Positions 11,746 through 23,945 of a DNA stretch of 64,000 bases are shown piece by piece. The DNA lies in the NCBI RefSeq assembly GCF_044704955.1, contig NC_091991.1, positions 55,242,001 through 55,306,000 of the forward strand. The letters are read 5' to 3'. Under the pieces are notes generated by a model that worked only from the letters and a program-made list of their open reading frames with translations, had not been told where the DNA came from and ran no database searches. Origin of the DNA: Pristiophorus japonicus. Lineage: Eukaryota. Each line of letters starts with the position of its first letter. Positions within the stretch are counted from its first letter, which is position 1. The translations under genes and the position numbers were made by a program.

Positions 11746-13463
11746 CATGACTGCACTCAGTCCTCGAGGACACGAGCCCTCGCTCCGACCTTTCAGATAC
11801 CCCTCTGTTAAACCCTGATCTCGTTATGTTCACTGATGGCAGTTCCTCCATCAACAAGGAAGGAACCCGCATTTCCGGTTATGCTGTTGTCAGTCAAGAA
11901 GGAACGACTCTCGAGTCTGGAGCCTTCCAGGTCCCCCTTTCCGCTCAGCAAACAGAACTTTTTGCCCTCACCCGTGCGTGTATTTTAGGAGAGGATCTCC
12001 GAGTCAATATCTACACTGACTCCCGTTACGCCTTTGGGGTTGTTCACGACTTCGGCCAGCTCTGGAAAAACTGAGGATTCCTAACTTCAACCGGTACACC
12101 AATCTCGAACCAAGTGCTTGTGTCTGACCTATTACTTGCTCTTCTGCTCCCTCGATAAATCGCTGTTATTAAATGTTCCGCTCATACTGCCGGTTCCTCT
12201 CCAATCGATATTGGAAATCGCCGTGCTGACGAGGCGGCTAAGTGTGCTGCAAGGAGTCAGCAGATTGTTGTGCCCCGAATGATGAGGCAGACGTCCAGCT
12301 CTAAACCGAGCTTGTCGGCCCCTGAAAAGCCAATGCCAACCATCAAAGAGGTACTTCGCCTACAGGAGGACGCTCCTGCTGTACAAAAACAACTTTGGAA
12401 CGATCTTGATTGTAAATATGATACTGCCTCCGGGTCACACCCGCTGGTCAAACTTGCATGTCCGATGAATTGGCCCTTTGGGTAATTGAATGTGTTTATT
12501 ATGCCACGCATTGTGGAGCAAAAGCCACTAGTGACCTGCTCCTCCAGACATGGTGGCATCCTAGCCTCCAAATGTTTGCGCAGAATATTATTTCTCATTG
12601 CCTGACCTGCCAACGCCATAATCCTGGAAGGGGGGGCACCATGTTTATTAGGTAAAACACCCTTGCCAGCCGGACCCTTCGAGACTTTGCAGATGGACTA
12701 TATAGAATTGCCACGCTGTCAGTGTTATAAATATGTGTTGGTTATTGTTGATGTTTTTAGTAAATGGATTGAAGCTTATCCTACTACGGATAATAGAGCC
12801 TGTACTGTTAAGATATTGCTGAAGGAAATTATCCCTCGCTTCGGGGTTCCCGGTCGTCTTAGCTCAGATAACGGACCCCATTTCATTGCAGCTGTAAACA
12901 AGGAATTGTGCCAACAGTTAGGGATACATCAACAACTCCATTGTGCCTATCGCCCCCAGGCGGCGGGTCTGGTCGAGCGAACCAATCAGACTCTTAAAGC
13001 CAAGTTAGCTAAACTGACCTCTCAAACAGGGTCGACTTGGTTAAAATTGTTACCTGTAGCTCTTTTTCAGATTCGCTCCACCCCGGCTGAGATCGTGTAC
13101 GGCAGACCTCTTCGCACCCCTTGGGACCACCATTCTCCAGTTGCCGTTTACTTTCATCACATGACTGAGGAGATGACTACCTATGTGTTAGCCCTAACTA
13201 AGGCATTGCAAGCCTCTCGTTCACAGGTTCGCGCCGCTTATGATGACCGTCCCTCCTCTCACGGATCATCCCCTATCGAGCCCGGATCCTTCGTCCTCAT
13301 CAAAAATTGGACACGACGTCATCTCCAGCCCCGATGGGATGGTCCATTTCAGGTCTTACTCACCACCCCCACCGCTGTAAAGGTGGAAGGTAGAGACGCG
13401 TGGGTGCACATGCATCATTGCAAATTGATTACCGGCGGTAATCAAAAGGGGGAGTGGAGATAG
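11746..13463 (+). pseudogene. pol: ERV pol remnant: RNase H + integrase only
   Basis: FTDGSS, SAQQTEL and NIYTDSRYAFG (RNase H); H-H-C-C zinc finger, QMDYI, SSDNGPHF, GLVERTN and WDGPFQVLLTT (integrase). Confidence 0.9.
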
Positions 13464-13673
13464 ACGTGGACTAATAATTGAAGTATCATAATACGTTCAT
13501 TCCCGTCGTTCCGTAACCGTTTTAGCCGTAATTTTAAGCCATAATTTTAATTAATCTAATTATTATATGATTGCTTGTCCTGCTTTTAAGTATTTAGGCA
13601 TAACATGAGGCCTTGGTAGCCACGATAGTAACATGACGGTTTGCAAGCCCCTTTGTCTTTCAGGATTGAAAGA

Positions 13674-14827
13674 ATGCACGGAACCCTGCTGCTAGGAGTC
13701 GTGATCCTGCTGATAACAGTAACAAAAACAGAAGGACGACTACTCAGCTGCCCAACCGATGGCTCACGAGAGCAAATTCTCCGCCTCTGTACGGGAGATA
13801 TAGTACAATGTGGAACCAGGACACCAGACGATCTCGAATCATGGACCATGACTAAAATAAAATCCCGTACGGGTATACTCTCACAGGTTGATCGACAGGT
13901 GACTCAACAGGGCAAAGACCGATGAAATTTGCCATGCCGGTTCAGGGAATGTGAGATGGACTTTGTTTGCCCTGATCAACCTGAAGATGACTTAGTTGAT
14001 TCAAAGGACCAATCCCTGGAATCAGTAACAGGGCAAAGGAGGAAAAGGAACGTGCAAGGGCAACTGGGGAACGATCATAATATATTCCTGAGGACTCATA
14101 AGATCTTATTCGCGCCAGAGTCAGTTGTATGCTACCCTGTTATGTCGGTCACTGAATTGTTTACCCCAACCCCGGTTATGGATCCCAGTCTTTACATACG
14201 AGGATACAATGATACCCCGCCCGCCGAAAACATTACTTTCACATATTCCGATGGCTGAGGCACCCCGGCCACCTGCCTAAACACCACAGGGTCTGGGAAG
14301 GATGGGTACCCACAGTGTTGGAATGGTACAGGATTCGGGTGCGCAGAAGTGGACATGCCCGTTAACCAGTGCCTGTTAACCAGATTTGTCTCACAAAGCA
14401 GTCCAATTATTCCTGTCTTCATGACTCAAACACGGGCATCACCTCTTGCCAGAGTGTGGATACCTGTGTAGAAGTAAGACAAGGGACCCAAATGACCTGC
14501 AGTGTCCTATACCACAGCCAAACTTTTGCTTTACGCCACTACGACCTGTCACGATCGGGCAAGCGCATATCACCCATCCCACACCTAACCGAAGTATTAC
14601 GAGAGTTGAGGCTCAGGGTGGGTCAATCCGTAAAGCTCTACCACCAACTGCAAACTAAAATCAAAGTACTGGAAGAAGATATCGATGTAGACTTACAAAG
14701 TCAGAGTTGGTGGAGAAAGGTCTGGGATTGGGGAATAAATGTGAACATCCATCCTTGGATTCGTATAATTTCACACATACTGGTCGGGACAAAATTGATC
14801 TTAGCAATAACATGGGGCATAATTTGA
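13674..14827 (+). pseudogene. Short env-like ORF (signal peptide, RRKR, Cys-rich region, heptad, Trp-rich segment + TM), disrupted
   Basis: Splice acceptor TTTCAG at 13663, with a candidate donor at 9732; hydrophobic N-terminus; in-frame stops at 13925 and 14258; frameshift near 14360. Confidence 0.65.
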
Positions 14828-14958
14828 TCTAAGCAACCGGGACTCCTGAAACTGCGTGACTGGCCAGCACGTTGAGGCAGGGAGTACCGGGCCGTGCACA
14901 AAATTGAGAGTAAACATTTATGAATGGGAATTTATCATGGAATGATAACAGGAGGGAA

Positions 14959-15435
14959 TGTGAATGTATGTAGAAGAATCATGAAAGGGTTAATAAAATG
15001 GTTCTACGAATCAATAAGAAAATAAGAAAAGACAGAATTGGTTTCCCGTGAGAAAGTAGTGGACAAAGTCATCACTGATGAACAAGGGTTTATGGCCATG
15101 ACTTGAGAAGGAACACATTTGCTTTGTGTGATTAAGCTGGGCTATTCCACTCGTAAAAGCATAAAGTGTTCTAAAGATAAATAGACTGTCAATTCATGAA
15201 GCCCTAGTAACACACTGATTGATGAAGCGGGCCATACCTCCTTCGGTTTGTAAGAATAAAAGGGATGCATCTGTGAGGATAGGCAGACCTTTTGTCTGCC
15301 TGCCCCGGAATCTGTAGACTCTGTGCTGGCAGTTTGGTAACAGGTCCGAAGCTGCTTCAATAAAGATGTAAAGATTGAAGGTATCTGAATCGATTGTTGT
15401 CGAATGCAGCTGACCACCCGAACTAGGACTTAACA
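14959..15435 (+). repeat. ERV 3' LTR
   Basis: Preceded by the polypurine tract AGGAGGGAA and followed by TSD ATTG. Confidence 0.95.
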
Positions 15436-18096
15436 ATTGAATGTTATTTGCCACTTATCAGCCCAAGCCTGATCGTCGTCCAGGTCTTGCTGCGTGCAGG
15501 CATAGATTGCTCCATTTTCTAAGGAGTTGCGAATGGAACTGAACACTGGAGTCATTAGCGAACATCCCCATTTCTGACCTTATGAAGGAGGGAAGGTCAT
15601 TGATGAAGCAGCTGAAGATGGTTGGGCCTGGGACACTGCAATGAGGAACTCCTGCAGCGATGTCCTGGGGCTGTGATGATTGATCTTCAATGACCACAAC
15701 CATCTTCCTTTATTCTCAGTAAGCATGAATATCTTTATTTTTCTCGTCTGAATCTACACAGACTTTCATTTCTATGCTGCTTACGGGATGCTATGAGAGA
15801 AAGAAGTAATGAGACGATGGCATAGGAAGTGATGCAGAACATGGATACAAGAGGATAGCAGGACCAAATGACACCAGAAGCAAAAGCAAAAATGACAAAC
15901 TTCAAGCAGTTAAGTCAGACATACATTTCAGATGATTGCAGGGAGTGCACACAGGTAACATGACAGGTGATTTTCTCCATACCCAGCACTGAAAAATGTG
16001 ATTTGCACCTCTCAACACCTCCTACATTCCCTGTCATACCACCCATAACTTCCCACAGAAAGAGGAAGAAACAAACAAGGAGACAACAATCAGGAAAAAA
16101 TAGAAAAACAAATGATGATCGAATATGAAGAAAACTTGTAAGAGACCCCATAAATTTTGACTTACTATGCACAGCACCATGAGATCCAATTTATTTACCA
16201 ATTGTGGTGTACTGGGATTTCACACTGCTGCTGTTATTCTCTCATATTTCAGTTTTAAATCATCAATGGCATTACACAGCAGCAATGAAGAAAACAAAAT
16301 GTACGCTGGGTGATAGGGAAATCGGCAGAGTAAACGTCCAGTTATTATTTGAAACTGTATATGCTCAGATCAGGGCACACCTTGAGCACTGTGTTCAGTT
16401 CTGATCTCTGTAATACAGGAGAAACATCCAAATCCTCAAACAGTACAAATAAGGGCCATGATGCTGATCTCTAGGATCTGAGGATTCAATTATAAGGAAA
16501 GGTTGGAAAAACTTGGACAGCTCAGCCTTGAAACTGAACAAATGAAAGAGGGTTTCATTGAGATACACAAGATACTGGCGGTACCCCTTTGTATTTGAAG
16601 ATGACGCTTTCAAGTCTTGAGTGCAATTATGTTTATTATGCCTAGACAAAGAGGCATGCTCTCCTGCATACTTCAGACCAAACAGCCCATTTGGGGTCAA
16701 CAGGCTGCTGCTGTTCATATTTTTACATTTTTGCAGTTTCTCCTTCAGAAAATCTAAACTCTAATACTCATACCACCTGACACTAACCTGCATCACTGCT
16801 CACCAGTTTCTTCAAATCACCTCCAAGATTTTCCCAACTGTAGACACATTATGTAGCTTCTGGTAGTGCGAGCGTGCCCTTGCATCTGATTTATTGTCCA
16901 CTTGGATGCTGTTTTCCCTATTAAACTATTTTTGGCATTCTTTAGACTGCCATACAGTTGGCATGTGAAACAGCCAATGACAGTGACCATTCCTGTTTGT
17001 TCTTCTACTTGCACTTTTGTTGGCTGGCTCACATGCCAGCTAATAATGCAGTTTGATTTACTTCTGCTTATAGTTTGATGAAGACCTATATAACTCAACA
17101 GTGGAACAGCAGTAGTTTGCTGCACTGCTCTGCTTTTTCTCTCTGTGCTCATCAGGTTCACACTGCTTCTAATACTACAATGAGCAAAGAAGTGAGCAAA
17201 ATGATTTAAACCAAGTGTTGCTCTTTGGCCATATACTGCAAGGCCACAACACAATGAATTAAATGCACAAATGGGCCGCATTCAGCCCGTGGCCCACAGG
17301 TTGGGCACCAATGACATAGACAATAAGTAATAGACAAATGCACAATATAAGACTTGTGGGCCAATCATAGAATAGCACAGCACAGAAGGAGGCCATTCGG
17401 CCCATCGAGTCTGCGTCGGCTCTTTCGAAGAGCAATACCAGTCAGTGGAAATAAATTATACATTCTTTCAACCGTTTTGCACAATTGAAAAATATACTGC
17501 ATTTTAGAAAATTTGGTCAAAGCCAATCAAAAGATACTCACTCATTCAGAGTTTGTAAGGACACTCATGAAAATGTATTTGAAAAAGCTTCCAACAGATG
17601 TAGTCATGGACAGCAATGTGATACAACAGGTCTCCACAATCTGCCTCACTGGGAGAGAAACTTTCAATATCACACTATTGGGCACAACACAACCTTTTTA
17701 ATTCAAGAGCAGATATGAGGGAGTTATGCAGCCAATGCTAACAGGCGGCAGATCGGAGGCGGGAACTCGAGGTGCGTGGAGATCTATAAAGGCCCAGCGG
17801 CTGCGAGAGGCGGCGGCAGATCGGAGGCGGGAGCTTGAGGTGTGTGGTGAGGCCTACAAAAGGCCTAGCGGCTGCGACAGGCAGCGGCAGATCGAAGGCG
17901 TGTGGTGAGGCCTACAAAAGGCCCAGCTTGTGCAGCTCCAGCCGGGAGAAAAAGCAAAAAAGTAGAAATAAATCAAAAGGTAACGTCACAGCCAAAGGGG
18001 TAAGTGATTGGTGAGTAGCTTTTCTTTTTCTTTTTTATATCAGTAAGTAACCCGTTAACAATGTTTCGCCAAATTAAGCGTAACTAAGGGTTAATC

Positions 18097-19044
18097 ATGG
18101 CAGGAGAGCTCGGTCACGTGATATGCTCCTCCTGTACCATGTGGGAACTCAAGGACACTTCCGGTGTCCCTGACGACTACGTGTGCAGGAAGTGTATCCG
18201 CCTCCAGCCCCTGACGGTCCGCGTTGCGGAATTGGAGCTGAGGGTGGATTTACTCTGGAGCATTCACGATGTTGAGAATGACGTGAGTAGCACGTGTAGT
18301 GAGTTGGTCTTACCGCAGGTGAAGGTTCCACAGCCAGCTAGGGAATGGGAGACCAGCAGGAAGAGCAGTGCAAGGAAGGTAGTGCAGGGGTCCCCTGCGG
18401 TCAACCCCCTGCAAAACAGATACACTGCTTTGAGTACTGTTGAGGGGGATGACTCATCAGGGGAGGGCAGCAGCAGCCAAGTTCATGGCACCGTGGCTGG
18501 CTCTGTTGCACAGGAGGGCAGGAAAAAGAGTGGGAGAGCGATAGTGATAGGGGATTCAATTGTAAGGGGAATAGATAGGCGTTTCTGCGGCCGCAACCGA
18601 GACTCCAGGATGGTATGTTGCCTCCCTGGTGCAAGGGTCAAGGATGTCTCGGAGCGGGTGCAGGACATTCTGAAAAGGGAGGGAGAACAGCCAGTTGTCG
18701 TGGTGCACATTGGTACCAACAACATCGGTAAAAAAAGGGATGAGGTCCTACGAGACGAATCTAAGGAGCTAGGAGCTAAATTAAAAAGTAGGACCTCAAA
18801 AGTAGTAATCTCGGGATTGCTACCAGTGCCACGTGCTAGTCAGAGTAGGAATCGCAGGATAGTGCAAATGAATATGTGGCTTGAACAGTGGTGTAGCAGG
18901 GAGGGATTCAAATTCCTGGGGCATTGGAACTGGTTCTGGGGGAGGTGGGACCAGTACAAACCAGACGGTCTGCACCTGGGCAGGACCGGAACCAATGTCC
19001 TAGGGGGAGTGTTTGCTAGTGCTGTTGGGGAGGAGTTAAACTAA
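18097..19044 (+). CDS. CR1 ORF1p: zinc finger/leucine zipper + SGNH esterase domain, open
   Basis: CSSC..CRKC, heptad VAELELRVDLL, GDSIVRG, PGA, HIGTN, DGLH. Confidence 0.9.
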   Translation: MAGELGHVICSSCTMWELKDTSGVPDDYVCRKCIRLQPLTVRVAELELRVDLLWSIHDVENDVSSTCSELVLPQVKVPQPAREWETSRKSSARKVVQGSPAVNPLQNRYTALSTVEGDDSSGEGSSSQVHGTVAGSVAQEGRKKSGRAIVIGDSIVRGIDRRFCGRNRDSRMVCCLPGARVKDVSERVQDILKREGEQPVVVVHIGTNNIGKKRDEVLRDESKELGAKLKSRTSKVVISGLLPVPRASQSRNRRIVQMNMWLEQWCSREGFKFLGHWNWFWGRWDQYKPDGLHLGRTGTNVLGGVFASAVGEELN

Positions 19045-19385
19045 TATGGCAGGGGGATGGGAACCAATACAGGGAGACAGAGGGAAACAAAATAGAGACA
19101 GAAGCAAAAGACAGAAAGGAGATGAGTAAAAGTGGAGGGCAGAGAAACCCAAGGCAAAAAACAAAAAGGGCCAATGTACAGCAAAATTCTAAAGGTCAAA
19201 GTATAATAAAAAGGCAAGCCTGAAAGCTCGGTGCCTCAATGCGAGGAGTATTCGGAACCCAGGAGAGGGCTCTGAGCTAGTTAGAGTGGGTGAGAGCGCA
19301 GATGAACAGGACCCCAAGAAAGAATGCAAAAGGCAGGAGTCAACAGAGCAGAGTAGCACTGGGGTAAGTGTAAACCACAAGGTGA

Positions 19386-20761
19386 CCTCAGTAGTGGGTA
19401 AAATGATGGAATCAATTATTAAGGATGTCATAGCAGTTCATTTGGAAAGAGGTGACATGATAGGTCCAAGTCAGCATGGATTTGTGAAAGGGAAATCATG
19501 CTTGACAAATCTTCTGGAATTTTTTGAGGATGTTTCCAGTAGAGTGGACAAGGGAGAACCAGTTGATGTGGTATATTTGGACTTTCAGAAGGCTTTCGAC
19601 AAGGTCCCACACAAGAGATTAATGTGCAAAGTTAAAGCACATGGGATTGGGGGTAGTATGCTGACATGGATTGAGAACTGGTTGTCAGACAGGAAGCAAA
19701 GAGTAGGAGTAAATGAGTACTTTTCAGAATGGCAGGCAGTGACTACCGCAAGGTTCTGTGCTAGGGCCTCAGCTGTTTACACTGTACATTAATGATTTAG
19801 ACGAGGGGATTAAATGTAGTATCTCCAAATTTGCGGATGACACTAAGTTGGGTGGCAGTGTGAGCTGCGAGGAGGATGCTATGAGGCTGCAGAGTGACTT
19901 GGATAGGTTAGGTGAGTGGGCAAATGCATGGCAGATGAAGTATAATGTGGATAAATGTGAGGTTATCCACTTTGGTGGTAAAAACAGAGAGACAGATTAT
20001 TATCTGAATGGTGACAGATTAGGAAAAGGAGAGGTGCAACAAGACCTGGGTGTCATGGTGCATCAGTCATTGAAGGTTGGCATGCAGGTACAGCAGGCAG
20101 TTAAGAAAGCAAATGGCATGTTGGCCTTCATAGCGAGGGGATTTGAGTACAGAGGCAGGGAGGTGTTGCTACAGTTGTACAGGGCCTTGGTGAGGCCACA
20201 CCTGGAGTATTGTGTACAGTTTTGGTCTCCTAACTTGAGGAAGGACATTCTTGCTATTGAGGGAGTGCAGCGAAGGTTCACCAGACTGATTCCCAGGATG
20301 GTGGTACTGACCTATCAAGAAAGACTGGATCAACTGGGCTTGTATTCACTGGAGTTCAGAAGAATGAGAGGGGACCTCATAGAAACGTTTAAAATTCTGA
20401 CGGGTTTAGACAGGTTAGATGCAGAAAGAATGTTCCCAATGTTGGGGAAGTCCAGAACCAGAGGTCACAGTCTAAGGATAAGGGGTAAGCCATTTAGGAC
20501 CGAGATGAGGAGAAACTTCTTCACCCAGAGAGTGGTGAACCTGTGGAATTGTCTACCACAGAAAGTTGTTGAGCCCAATTCACTAAATATATTCAAAAGG
20601 GAGTTAGATGAAATCGTTACTACTAGGGGGATCAAGGGGTATGGCGAGAAAGCAGGAAGAGGGTACTGAAGTTGCATGTTCAGCCATGAACTCATTGAAT
20701 GGCGGTGCAGGCTAGAAGGGCCGAATGGCCTACTCCTGCACCTATTTTTCTATGTTTCGAT
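19386..20761 (+). mobile_element. 5'-truncated CR1 family A inserted into the chimeric CR1
   Basis: Near-identical to 3985-5350; GTGA duplicated at 19382-19385 and 20762-20765; removing it restores the frame NHKV-IGRDN. Confidence 0.88.
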
Positions 20762-23051
20762 GTGATAGGAAGGGACAATATGTATGAATATAAAGGGGCT
20801 GCAGGAGGGGTCAAAACTAAAAATCATGGTTTAAAAGCTAGTATTAAAACACTTTACCTAAACGCACGCAGCATTCGAAATAAAGTAAATGAGTTGACGG
20901 CACAAATCATTACAAATGGGTATGATTTGGTGGCCATTACAGAAACATGGTTGCAGGGTGGCCAAGACTGGGAATTAAACATACAGGGGTATCTGACAAT
21001 TCAGAAGGATAGACAAGAAGGGAAAGGAGGTGGGTAGCTCTGTTAATACAGGATGATATCAGGGCAGTTGTGAGAGATGATATTGGCTCTAATGAACAAA
21101 ATGTTGAATCATTATGGGTGGAGATTAGAGATAGTAAGGGGAAAAAGTCACTGGTGGGCGTAGTTTATAGGCCCCCAAATAATAACTTCACGGTGGGGCG
21201 GGCAATAATCAAGGGAACAATGGAGGCATGTGAAAAAGGAACGGCAGTAATCATGGGGGATTTTAACCTACATATCGATTGGTCAAATCAAATCGCACAG
21301 GGTAGCCTGGAGGAGGAATTCATAGAATGCATATGGGATTGTTTCTTAGAACAGTATGTTACAGGACCTACAAGGGAGCAAGCTATCTTAGATCTGGTCC
21401 TGTGTAATGTGACAGGAATAATAAACGATCTCCTAGTAAAAGATCTTCTCGGAATGAGTGATCACAGTATGGTTGAATTTGTAATACAGATTGAGGGTGA
21501 GGAAGTAGTGTCTCAAACGAGCATACTATGCTTAAACAAAGGGGACTACAGTGGGATGAGGGCAGAGTTAGCTACAGTAGACTGGGAACACAGACTAAAC
21601 GGTGGCACAATTGAGGAACAGTGGAGGACTTTTAAGGAGCTCTTTCATAATGCTCAACAAAAATATATTCCAGTGAAAAAGGAGGGCGGTAAGAGAAGGG
21701 CTAACCAGCCGTGGATAACCAAGGAAATAAAGGAGAGTATCAAATTAAAAACCAAGCGTATAAGGTGGCCAAGGTTAGTGGGAAACTAGAAGATTGGGAA
21801 AATTTTTAACGACAGCAAAGAATGACTAAGAAAGCAATAAAGAAAGGAAAGATAGATTACGAAAGTAAACTTGCGCAAAACATAAAAACAGATAGTAAAA
21901 GCTTTTACCGATATATAAAACGGAAAAGACTGACTAAAATAAATGTTGGTCCTTTCGAAGATGAGAAGGGGGATTTAGTAATGGGAAATGTGGAAATGGC
22001 TGAGACCTTAAACAATTATTTTGCTTCGGTCTTCACAGTGGAAGACACAAAAACCATGCCAAAAATTGCTGGTCACGGGAATGTGGGAAAGGAGGACCTT
22101 GAGACAATCACTATCACTAGGGAGGTAGTGCTGGACAGGCTAATGGGACTCAAGGTAGACAAGTCCCCTGGTCCTGATGAAATGCATCCCAGGGTATTAA
22201 AAGAGATGGCAGAAGTTATAGCAGATGCATTCATTATAATCTACCAAAATTCTCTGGACTCTGGGGAGGTACCAGCGGATTGGAAAGCAGCTAATGTAAC
22301 GCCTCTGTTTTAAAAAGGGGGCAGACAAAAGGCAGGTAACTATAGGCCTGTTAATTTAACATCTGTAGTGGGGAAAATGCTTGAAGCTATCATTAAGGAA
22401 GAAATAGTGGGACATCTAGATAGGAATAGTGCAATCAAGCAGACGCAACATGGATTCATGAAGGGGAAATCATGTTTAACTAATTTACTGGAATTCTTTG
22501 AGGATATAACGAGCATGGTGGATAGAGGTGTACCGATGGATGTGGTGTATTTAGAGTTCCAAAAGGCATTCGATAAGGTGCCACACAAAAGGTTACTGCA
22601 GAAGATAAAGGTACGCGGAGTCAGAGGAAATGTATTAGCATGGATCGAGAATTGGCTGGCTAACAGAAAGTAGAGAGTCGGGATAAATGGGTCCTTTTCA
22701 GGTTGGAAATCGGTGGTTAGTGGTGTGCCACAGGGATCGGCGCTGGGACCACAACTGTTTACAATATACATAGATGACCTGGAAGAGGGGACAGAGTGTA
22801 GTGTAACAAAATTTGCAGATGACACAAAGATTAGTGAGAAAGCGGGTTGTGTAGAGGACACAGAGAGGCTGCAAAGAGATTTAGATAGGTTAAGCGAATG
22901 GGCCAAGGTTCGGCAGATGGAATACAATGTCGGAAAATGTGAGGTCATCCACCGTGGGAAAAAAAAACAGTAAAAAAGGGAATATTATTTGAATGGGGAG
23001 AGATTACAACATGCTGCGGTGCAGAGGGACCTGGGGGTCCTTGTGCATGAA

Positions 23052-23476
23052 ACTCTTTTAGAGTCTACCTGCAAAAACATAAAACATTAAATCGTGCCAC
23101 CCGACCTGGGTGACACACCAGACATTTACAAGGCCCTTTTTTCCTTTTTTTTTTTTTTTGAGTTTTTCTTTTTTTTTTGGGCACTAAAATCACAATTTTC
23201 CAGTGCCCCCTATAAAAGGGAAGGGGACACTAAAAGCACTGGCATTTAAAACAAATTAAACTTTAAAACGTAAAATCAAATTAAAATTTGGTTGCCGGGC
23301 GTGATGATGCACTCCAGTCCCTCCGGTGCCCACCTCTCGCGGAAGGCCGCGAGCGTACCGGTGGACACCGCATGCTCCATCTCCAAGGACACCCTGGACC
23401 GGATGTAAGAGCGGAAGAGAGGCAGGCAGTCAGGTTGAACGACCCCCTCGACCGCCCGCTGCCTGGACCGGCTGAT
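23052..23476 (-). mobile_element. Short Tx1-like (L1 clade) retrotransposon copy 1, antisense in CR1 ORF2
   Basis: Encodes ISRSRQRAVEG..DCLPLFRSYIRSRVSLE..LAAFRERWAPEGLECIITPGNQILI*, resembling a Tx1 ORF2 C-terminus; A-rich 3' UTR; flanked by 14-bp direct repeats TCCTTGTGCATGAA. Confidence 0.72.
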
Positions 23477-23490
23477 TCCTTGTGCATGAA

Positions 23491-23945
23491 ACTCTTTTGA
23501 GTTCACCTGTGAAAACATAAAAACAATAAACGGTGCCACCCGACCTGGGTGACACTCCAGACATTTTCAAGGCCCTTTTTTTCCCCCCTTTTTTTTTGGT
23601 TTTTTTTTGTGTTTTTCTTTTTTTTTTTTTTGTTTTTTTTTTTGGGGCACTAAAATCACAATTTTCCCCAGTGTCCCCTATAAAAGGGAAGGGGGACACT
23701 AAAAGCACCGGCAATTAAAACAAATTAAACTTTAAAACGTAAAATCAAATTAAAATTTGGTTGCCGGGCGTGATGATGCACTCCAGTCCCTCCGGTGCCC
23801 ACCTCTCGCGGAAGGCCGCGAGCGTACCGGTGGACACCGCATGCTCCATCTCCAAGGACACCCTGGACCGGATGTAAGAGCGGAAGAGAGGCAGGCAGTC
23901 AGGTTGAACGACCCCCTCGACCGCCCGCTGCCTGGACCGGCTGAT
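23491..23945 (-). mobile_element. Short Tx1-like retrotransposon copy 2, tandem at the same target
   Basis: Same 5' endpoint and coding part as copy 1, divergent 3' terminus; target repeats at 23477-23490 and 23946-23959. Confidence 0.72.

Larger units (their letters stand above)
9155..15435 (+). mobile_element. Class I (gamma/epsilon-like) endogenous retrovirus, two LTRs, internally deleted
   Basis: TG..CA LTRs at 9155-9633 and 14959-15435; 4-bp TSD ATTG; PBS at 9636-9653; PPT at ~14950-14958; gag, RNase H, integrase and env-like ORFs. Confidence 0.95.

Noticed and set aside
16395-17281. Minus-strand ORFs of 107 and 154 aa as possible TULP3 exons
   Set aside because: No recognisable Tubby-family motifs or convincing splice pairing.
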